In this document: positions 54,830 through 64,000 of the stretch, one piece after another
How positions within the stretch are numbered: position 1 is the first letter of the stretch
How the letters are laid out: the number at the start of each line of letters is the position of its first letter
Assembly (NCBI GenBank): GCA_023213395.1
Contig: CM041465.1
Coordinates: 48,057,741-48,121,740, forward strand
Direction: 5' to 3'
DNA length: 64,000 bases
From: Cycas panzhihuaensis
Lineage: Eukaryota; Plantae; Cycadophyta
Notes under the pieces: model-generated
Told to the model about the DNA's origin: nothing
The model's input: the letters and a program-made list of their open reading frames with translations, nothing else
The model's database searches: none
Made by a program: the position numbers and the translations under genes

Positions 54830-56530
54830 CCTTTGTCCACTGAGAGGGGTAGTTAGATAATAATTTCTTCCCTTTTAACATATTATACCCTCAAAGCATG
54901 GACAAAAGTGGATGTTGTTGCTACCATAATTCACCTTTCTCTTTAAGCTTGCATATACATTTAAGGGTTAACCCCACTTGATTAATTTGGTCATAGGATG
55001 GATTTCCATAGTGAGAAATAAATGCAATGATTTATCCTTTCTTGACATGCTTTAACCTTGAACCATTTTTCAAAGATTAGATTCAATGAACACCATGTAT
55101 AATCTCTTAATATAAGGGTTGCTTCATTCCTTCTATTATTTCTTTAATACTTGCATCATTTTGCTTAACATATCTCTATCCTTAGATAGGTCTTATTAAT
55201 TGTTGATGGTGTTAGAATCTTATCTAATCTATAGTTTGATCAATGATAACTTTAATGGATAAAATGTTACTTGGTTTCTCCTCTCATTTTTAATATTTAT
55301 GGAAAAAAAACATAAGTTCAAAGCTTATCATTTTAATAAGGGCCACTAAAAGACAAAATATAGTTATAGGAAAGTTTAATAACTAGAACACAACCACTAA
55401 TGAAATCACTTGCTAGAACATTCCTTCAAGTTATCTCACCATTCATTCACCCTTATGAGTTCTTCCATAGTTACTTATATCTTGTTAATAGAGGCTTTAT
55501 TTTATTCAAAGAGATTATCACTCCTATTATTACTAATAAAAAGCGTGCTACCTACATAGTTATGGGAATTTAAAAGTGTCTCTTAAGGGGATGGAGAAGA
55601 ATAGCTCTCCTAAAGTATTACTTTTTCTTTTATTGGCTAAAGGAATCAGAACCACTAAAGGCATAGGCATAACTCAACTATTAGGATAATGAATAGGGAT
55701 GCTTTTCTTTAGTTAACTAATATAAAATTCTACCACATTCCACCTTATAGAATTATCATTCAAAATATGCACTCTTGTACCTAGGCTATATCCTGACTAA
55801 GAGGTTTTTTTCCAACAACTTTAGGAAAAGATTATCCAAGAGAAAGGCCTCTTCTTCATTCTAACTTGCCATTTCCTAAACCTTAATTAGAATTTCAACT
55901 AGTTAATTACTACCCAATAACAACGTTGGGAGATTATCTAGGAAGATGATACTTTCTCTTCAAATATAATTCATCATTAAATACCTCCAAGTGCTTATTA
56001 TCCTACATAAAAGCCTAGTTCCATAAAAAATAAATGCTCATTTTATCCCTTTACTTCTATCTTCTCATCCATGGATGCCCCCTTCCTCTACAAATAGTTC
56101 TAACCAATATAGGGGCTTGTGTGAATTTCCCTTGTAATAATGATATTTTGTTAGGATATTTCTAATGGTTAATACCTCTTAATGTAACCTCTTTATCTTG
56201 ATGTTTGAATTTAATAAACCTCCTTAGTAAGTTCATAGAAAAGCGATGTAAGTTTTATGCCCATTATGGAATTAAGATCATTTGAATGTCTTCAATAAGT
56301 GAAATATAGAAATTTATCTAGAGAACAACTTTATTCATGCTTAGATTAAACTTATAACACATCCTCCTTTTTGACAATTCCCTTGCTAGTTAATGGTATC
56401 AATAATTTTTGCTTGGGCCTTGCAAATAAGCCTTAGCCAACTAGAAATCTTTATATCCAACAAATCTTGACTTATGTTGGGGTTTAAAAGGATTATTAAC
56501 ACCAACCCTTTAAGCATCTTTTTGTTATCC
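54830..56530 (-). pseudogene. Very decayed chromovirus-type Gypsy PR-RT-RH remnant
   Basis: FSMNLLRRFIKFKHQDKEVTLRGI at ~56170-56245 (post-protease motif); KGKK-type RH end near 54870. Confidence 0.6.
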
Positions 56531-56589
56531 TATAAGTTTGTACCTCCCAAAGAAATGCCTTAAATTAGTCTCTAAAATATTTAAGAATG

Positions 56590-57365
56590 TGAACCTATTA
56601 AGACAATCATGAGAGGAGAGAAGTCTACTTAGTTTTAGCCCATGTTTGAGACTTATTAACACCTATAAAATCATTCATTGAATAAACACATATGAAGCAG
56701 ATGAAATCCTCACAATGCTCTAATATCAAACTTTCTTGTTTTAACTCATAAATGAAAAATACATCACATAATAAAGGATTACATGAAAAGCCTCATATAA
56801 ATAATAAAAGAGGTTATTACAAAACATGTTGAGAATATTAAATGTAAGATCATGCAAGGTGGTGGTTGGCACCTTGCATGATTAAACTAACTTACAACAA
56901 TTAAATATTGAGGACAAATAAACTCCCACATACTTAGGTTCATAACACTAAATTATGAAAAACCCATTTATGATATTAAATCCCTTAATATAAACTATAT
57001 ACAAATATTACATGAATATAATACAATGAATCTTTGATAAATTGATGAAGTCTATCATTAATACTTTTATCACCCTTCTTTAATGATGAATTCATTAATT
57101 CTGACACTGAGGCCAAGTCAAAACCTTTCAAATTTATCATGAGAGAGTAATTTTATGAAGATATCTGTAATATGATCTTCGATAGGCTTATAGATTAAAT
57201 CTATATCACCATCCTATACACGTTCTCTAATGAAGTGATGGTGAACCTTGATGTGCTTGGTTCTAGTATAGAACATAGAATTCTTGGTCAATTTAAGAAC
57301 AATTTGATTGTCACAAAACTTGAGAATCATAAGGCATGACAGTTATAAATCCCCACTAAGATACT
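56590..57365 (-). mobile_element. Copia 3' end: RNase H C-terminus (57085-57365), PPT and 3' LTR (inner end 57072, outer end uncertain)
   Basis: FCDNQIVLKLTKNSMFYTRTKHIKVHHHFIRERV..EDHITDIFIK, followed by TTAAGAAGGG-TG on minus. Confidence 0.8.
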
Positions 57366-57821
57366 CATAACAACCATCATAAATGGGTCATGACATATAA
57401 CATGATGTATGCAGTACATCCATGCATATTGATTATACTTTCATTCACTTCTATAAGATTTCATATGCTTGCATGTATTGGAATTAATGTTAATATGAGG
57501 CTAAATTAAGGTGTGAGTTTTAAATGAACTTGTAATATAGGTTATATGAGAGTTATTAGAATCCTTAATGGGATGATAATAAATGTTACTCAATTATGAA
57601 ATCTTGTTGGGACTGTTAATGAATTAAAGTATATATTAATATGTATTATATGTGATGTATTAAGGTGTAAGTGAGGTCATTTCAAATGAATAACATTTAC
57701 TTTAAGGATGGACTAATTCTACCTAGTATGTCTTGTATCTTTCTAATGATTAGGTTACTATTATTAAGCATTATTAATAATTCTATATTTGATCCCTAAA
57801 TCTCACATTTGGTATTAGATC
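57366..57821 (+). mobile_element. Probable 5' LTR ending TCTCACA (57807) with decayed Met-PBS TGGTATTAGATC (57810-57821)
   Basis: Interrupts the Copia RH; CA followed by a PBS. Downstream 57820-58600 is too decayed to assign. Confidence 0.55.
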
Positions 57822-59129
57822 TAGAAAGATTAATTGAAAGATTCCTCATTAATAACATAATCATTTATTGATTAATAACATTTGCAGAACTAGCATCACT
57901 GCACCTCCTATTTATTCTTATGACACTACTACTACCTATATCTTTGAACCTAGAGGTTATAATTCATAGAGGTACTTTATGATGTAATCAAGTAGGAACA
58001 TGTTGAGTGCCTTCTTGTCACACAATTCTTTCCAGGGCTTTATAGATGATGACTTGCTAGTGGCACTATTGATGGTGTTTATTGAAGGAAGGTTTAGAGG
58101 CAGACAACCTTTAATTCTAACATGAGTTTATAGCATTAGAATTATTCTTCAACATGCATTTCCTAGGAGGCTTGCAATTCTTTAAAACATATTTATAGAG
58201 GAATGATCAATGCTAATCGATAGGTTGTTAATGTCCTCTAAACTATATTCAAGAATTTTGCTAATGAGATTAACAACTCTATGCATAACATACCCTTCCA
58301 CAATGTGATTTCTAAGAGATGTTAATAAGAAATCCAATAGACTGATAGCTCTAATGTACACCCTTGCTACATCTCTCATGTCTTATATTAATATTGTTCT
58401 CTTCTCGTAGTTCTTTAGAGATTAGAGACCCCATCATAGTGGGAGAACTATAGTTTAGAAAGTAATAAGAGAATGCACCACTATATTTAGATGTTGTTTA
58501 AGAAGGAAGTGAAAGTGCATTCCTGCCTAATCCTAGAAGGCCTGCAAAGCCTTTGAAGAGACTTATGTCCATCTCTATAATGAACTCTGTAGAGGTAACT
58601 ACCTAACAAAAAACATTATAAAAGAGATTCCATAATGCCATGAACTAACAATTAATACTAAAAACTAGAACTATAAAATAAATATATGAGGAGATCGATT
58701 TAATGTAAAAAAATTAATTAGACATTGGTGTTGTATAAATTTTTTTATTAAAAATAATAGTTTAAAATATTATTATTAGAATTTATAATGTTTATTTATA
58801 TTAAAATATCTTTAATTATGATTTAAGGTTTAGAGTACACCCCCACCTCTTGAGTTAGCCCCTAGTCATTTGTGTTAAAGAAGGCTAAGTTATTTTCTGA
58901 GTTAAGGAAGGGTCATTTGACAAAATAGACTACGCTTTCTTAATATAGTTTTTTATGTTCTTTATAACTAGCATGGTCATATAGATTGATTTTGGCTTCC
59001 TGTATGGTGTACAATGGTTTCAAATGATTTGTTGGCACTTTGCATAGTGAGTGAGGATTATAGCTAGGAGTGTGTTTTCATCAAAGTGTTTTATACTTTT
59101 AGTCTTTATTTCTATTGTCTTATTTTTCA

Positions 59130-60545
59130 TAGATGTTAGGAGAAAGTTTATTTTCTCCATTAGTTAAATTTATAGGTGTTGAAAACTATAATACCTAAAA
59201 ACATCAAATGATGAACCTACTTCAAATAAATGGATATTTGTCATTAATATAAGAGAAAGCCTCAAAACTAGATGAGAAAACTACCACACAAATGGAGAAA
59301 GTTGAAAATGAAAGTAAATTTAATTATGCATTGGGGTTCATACATATATTTGTCAGTGGGTCTTTAGTAGAAAATATCAAAAAAGGCCTAGACACCCAAA
59401 AAGGTATGGGACTCAATTATTTTTATCTTTGAAATAGAAAAAGATACAAGAATAATGCCACTAAAGAAAATTATACAACCTAAAAATGATAGGTTCTTTA
59501 ATAAAACATCTTTAGGTAGTTAAAAGCATAAGCAATCAATTAGAAAACATTAGAGAAGATCTATAAGATAAAGATCTTATTATAGTTGTGTATAGAAGCA
59601 TGTCAAGTAAGTTCAGTAACTTTGTATCAAGTTTTTATCTAGAAGATAAGGTAGGGAAAACTATTTTTAATGAACTAGAAGCATTACTTCTTCAACATAA
59701 ATAGTTCTTAGTGGGTAATATAGGAGAATCCTCACGAGCGTTCTCAACTAAGTTGAAAGCGAAGAAAATTCTTAAAGAACCTCAATAGTAATCACATTCA
59801 ACTAAAAAATCTTAACAAAAATTATACTTTTATTATAATAAGCCATATCATTTCAAAAAGAATTATAAGAAATGACATGTTGATTTGAAAAAAAAGAAAG
59901 ATGACATCTTTTTGATGATGAGTCATCCATTTCATTTTAAATTGGGAAGAAACTCTTCTTAGTAACAACTTATAATTATTCAAGAGATGCATGGTATATT
60001 AATTTAAGAGCTTATAAATACATAATAAGTAGGATTAATTGGTTTAAACATATGTGGGAAGTAGTTGACTATCCTATTATATTAGGAAATAATATAATAC
60101 TCAGGGTCGAGAGGATAGGAGTGGTCCCATTCATTACATCTAATAAAAAACTTATTACATTAAAAATGTAATTTATGTCTTAGGACTGAAAGTAAATTCT
60201 ATTTTAGTCAATCAGATTAAAGACAATGGGATGATTGTTCTATTCAAAGCTGGAAAGATAATAATCACTGATTATAAAGGCAAAATGGTCATAGAGGGAG
60301 TAGGAGAAAACCATCTTTATAGGCTCTTAGGTAAGTCTATAAATCAAAGGGTATATTTGACTATAGGGGTAGCAAATAAGATCCATCTATGGCATGAAAG
60401 GTTGGGACATCTGCATTTCCCTAACCTTTAGTTAACGAAGAAGCTGAATATAGTACATAATCTTTCAAAATTTAAAGCAAGAAAATAACTTTATGATCTT
60501 TATATCAATAAGAAGCAACATAAGGAAAGGTTTTCAAAGGGTAAG
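59130..60545 (+). pseudogene. Copia gag-protease-GAG-pre-integrase, same family as Copia C
   Basis: KFIGVENYNT; DAWYINLRAYKHI; ORF 60231-60431 NKIHLWHERLGHLHFPNL..KQHKERFSKGK, matching 31017-31620. Confidence 0.85.
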
Positions 60546-63500
60546 TGATCCAAATTTAAATGGAAAAGTAATGACTTAATCCAATTAAAACAAATCCAGA
60601 ATAAATTTACAATAATATTATATTATTTTGAAGATATTTAAAATTTCTCTTACAAAATTGCTTATGTTTGTGCTCTTTTTAGCATGAAAAAGGACTGCTA
60701 CAACAAATTGGGAGAGAATAACTGAGTGCCAGATGCTTTTTGAGTTGCTGCACATTCTTTGGAACCACTGTTACTGAAGTTTGCATGGAGTTTTGGTTGC
60801 CGATAACCAAAAGAATCATTTTCTTGGAGAAGAATTCTACTGGCATCTCTTTCTTGGACTACTGCGACTACTATTTTCCTCCCTCAGCTGCAACTTCACT
60901 TTCTTGAGCTCCTTCACTATCCTTATGAATGGATTTAGGCACTGCTCTATCGCTCCTTATGTACTTCTGTTTCGTTTTCTCTCCTACGTAGAATTTTCTG
61001 TCTTGGAGTTGTTCTTCCTTTCTGGGAAGTAATTTTTGAAGAACTTTCCTTGAATCTCGCTCCTTGGACTGTGTCTATGGCTACTGGCATCCTCTCTCAT
61101 CCACTCTTCTCCTCTGTGAAGAGATCTCGCTTCTTAAAAACTCCACAATATGTAGTTTTCTTTCTATAACATTTTTTCCATTTCGTAGTTCTTCAACGGA
61201 TTCATAATAGCTAACGAAATCTTGCTTAAATCTATGTAATTAAGAGGTTTTCCTCTTTAATTGTGTAGAGGACACGTGATAGGAGATTCTCCTAAAATTT
61301 TGTGTGAAACAGACTTCGTTTTCCCTACCAAAATTGCTGCCATTTTCTAAATTTCCCATTTTCTATTTTCCGCAGTCCGTGGAGTTGCACCTGCAGTCAG
61401 CAGGGTTACGCCTGCAGTCTGCAAGGTTGCATCTCAGTTAGCAAGGTTGCGTCTCAGTCAACAAGGTTGCACCTGCAGTCTGCAAGGTTGCATCTTAATC
61501 AATAAGGTTGCACCTGCAGTCAGCAGGGTTACGCTTGTAGTCCGTAAGGTTGCGTCTCAATTAGTAGGGTTATGCTTACAGTCCACAAGGTTATGTCTCA
61601 GCCAGTAGGGTTGCATCTACAATTAGTAGGGTTGCACTTCAATCAACAGGGTTGTGCCTACAAATTTCATGGTTGCAGTTCGTTGCACTTATAGACTAGT
61701 CGATCACTTAGTTGCAGTTGCGATTGCACCTTTTAAAGATTTGAAAAACAGACCAGAACTCTCCTTTTTTAGGAGTTCATGGCCTTATGAACTTTATAAT
61801 TGTAGATGAGGGAATTTTATTTTCCCTATCTCCTTATTATACCATTTTGCCTTACTAGGTACTTTTCATTTTTCTATAATTTTGAAGGACTCGATTATGC
61901 CTCTTCGAGTCTTGATCTGCTTCCTTTGAAGAATGCAATCATTTTGCATTGGTTCCTCTTTCTCTATTCGCAACTCCTCTAGATTTGGTAAGAGTGGAAC
62001 TCCGTCTTCATCTTCATCCAACATGGATGGATTGAACATGTTCAGATTTTTAACATTCACTATGGAATACATCTTCATAAATTCTAGAAGTTCAAGATGG
62101 AAAGCATTTTCCCCAATCTTCTTCAAGATTGTAAAAGGACCATATCGTATAGACTTTAGCTTTTTGCCTTCACCTTGCAATCTTTTCTTACTGAAGTGCA
62201 ACCAAACTCTATCTCCTTCCTTAAAGGAATGATTGGTTCTATGTGCATCATACTGCTATTTATATCTCTGTTGAGATTTTTGAAGCTATTCTTCAACTTG
62301 TTGATGGATTTTTCTAATTCTTTCTAAGCATCTTTGTGCCTTTTCATCTCCTTCTTCCTCTTTTCCATTTCTTGCAGAAAGTTGAGTAGAAAGCTCTAGA
62401 TCAAAAGGACTTGCAGGCAGAATTCCCAAACATACCTCAAATGGTGATTTCTGGGTTGAGCTATGGATAGCTCTATTGAATGCAAATTGCAAGTATGGGA
62501 GACTTTCATCCCAAGTCTTAGGATGCTTGGCATTGTATCCTCATAATAGTTGTACCAGTGTCCTATTAACAACTTCAGTTTGACCGTCTATTTGAGGATG
62601 AAAAGCCATGCTCATCTTTAGCTTTGCATCCATCATTTCCCAAAGTGTTTACCAAAAATCACTCAGAAATCTATTGTCTTGATCAGAAATGATTGAGTTG
62701 GGAAGTCCAAAATACTTCCAAACATGTTGGAAAATTAATCTAGCCATGTCTTCTCCTATATGTGTCTTTTTACAGGGAGTCAACATCACTATTTTACTAA
62801 ACTGATCAACAACTACAAACAAATAATCCATACCATTTTTGGTTCGTGGTAGTCCTCCCAGGAAATCCATGGAGATACTCTCCCACGGTCGTGACAGAAC
62901 AAGAAGTGGAATGTACAATCTAAACTTCTTATTGGTTGACTTTGATGTGCTACATAATGTACACCCTCATACCATTGTAGTCACATCTTGCTATATATTT
63001 GGCTAATATATATATTACTACAAGTTTAGCAATGTCTTTCCCACTCCAAAGTGTCTTGCAGCTCGAGAGGTGTGAGCTTCTCTTACCCACTTCATTCGGT
63101 CTGCATGCTTTGGAATGCAAAGCTTGTCTTGCTTGAAAAGAAGGCTATCTTTCAGCTAGAAATCAACAACTACTTTTCCTTGTTGTAGCTACTCAAAGAT
63201 AGGCTTGAGTGCCTCATCTTTCCAGTACAAATCAACATATTCATTATGGCAGAAAGGTTGAAATTGCATAGCTACCAACAAACTAAAAATACCTTGTTGT
63301 TGAGGAGATCTAGATAGCAAGTTTACAATTTTATTCGTTGTTCCTTTCTTGTACTTAACCACGATGTGAAGCTACTGCAAATAGGACATCCACTTCATGT
63401 GCCTAGCTTGCTACAATTTGGACTGAGTCTGCAAGAATTGCAAAGGCTTATGGTTGGTATGGATGGCCACTTCTTTTTCCAACAAATATGGTCTTTAATG

Positions 63501-64000
63501 CTTCACTGCTTGGTGCAATGCATAGAGCTCCTTATCATAAGTTGGATAGTTTATGACAGCTCCATTAAATGTCTCTAAATGGAATGCTATCAGTTTTCCT
63601 TCTTGCTTCAATACTGCTCCCATGGCATAACTTGAAGCATCAGTCTCCAATTCAAATAGTTTCTGTAACGAGGGTAAAGCTAACACTGGTGCCTCATAAT
63701 TTTTCTGCTTTAAAAGCCTGAAAGCTGTTTCTTGTTCATTCTCCCAATGAAACTTTACATGTCCTCCTATTAATGCATGAAGAGGTGTTATAATTTGAGA
63801 GAATTTGAAAATAAATCTTCTTAAATATTGATATGTACCAATGAAACTTCTTACCTCTGTGGTTGTCTTCGGTGTGGGCCAATTGAGAATGACTTTAATC
63901 TTTACTCGGTCAATCTTCAATTCTCTTCCTCTAGCCATGAAACCTAAGAAGATGAGAGATTGCTCTCCAAACTTGCACTTCTTTAGATTTAGTTTCAACT
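60546..64000 (-). mobile_element. CRM-like chromovirus Gypsy (3' LTR ~60546-61760, pol 61797-64000), truncated by the window end
   Basis: RT/RH ORF 63495-63998 (ETDASSYAMGAVL..YDKELYAL); INT 62649-62918 (PWESISMDFLGGLP); GPY/F module IRYGPF; chromodomain-like tail; PPT ~61761-61773. Confidence 0.9.
61381..61730. repeat. 20/21-bp tandem array (consensus ~GGTTGCACCTGCAGTCAGCAA) in the CRM-like LTR
   Basis: About 15 adjacent units with a GGTTGC core and no unique spacers. Confidence 0.9.

Noticed and set aside
61381-61730. CRISPR-like array (also 43935-44137)
   Set aside because: Units are adjacent degenerate tandem repeats with no unique spacers and no cas genes; they lie within plant LTRs.

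Overview
This is eukaryotic plant DNA, most likely from a large gymnosperm-type genome (an inference from the TE lineages and the heavy C->T/G->A decay). It is intergenic and made almost entirely of nested, decayed LTR retrotransposons. I found no intact host gene, RNA gene or CRISPR array. The backbone is a + strand Tat-type Ty3/Gypsy element with domain order aRH-RT-RH-INT, cut into pieces at ~1.87-3.07, 7.62-8.14, 33.83-34.99 and 40.36-41.0 kb. It is interrupted by a 4.5-kb non-autonomous LTR element (3069-7617), a Copia (8141-33832), a Tnt1-like Copia (34992-40363), a non-chromovirus Gypsy with a 3' extra ORF (43563-53053) and a solo LTR (53488-53879). The first Copia holds a 20-kb element with 3.1-kb LTRs (10662-31016), which in turn holds a Reina-like chromovirus (19528-25162), so nesting is four levels deep. 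The 10662-31016 element is the most interesting feature. It has gag and protease but no RT/RH/INT. In their place is a divergent two-gene cassette: a spliced antisense Plant Mobile Domain (PMD) gene and a stand-alone sense archaeal-type RNase H. The last 9 kb hold further Gypsy and Copia remnants and a CRM-like Gypsy running off the window end. All alignments and translations were done by eye, so internal domain boundaries are approximate.
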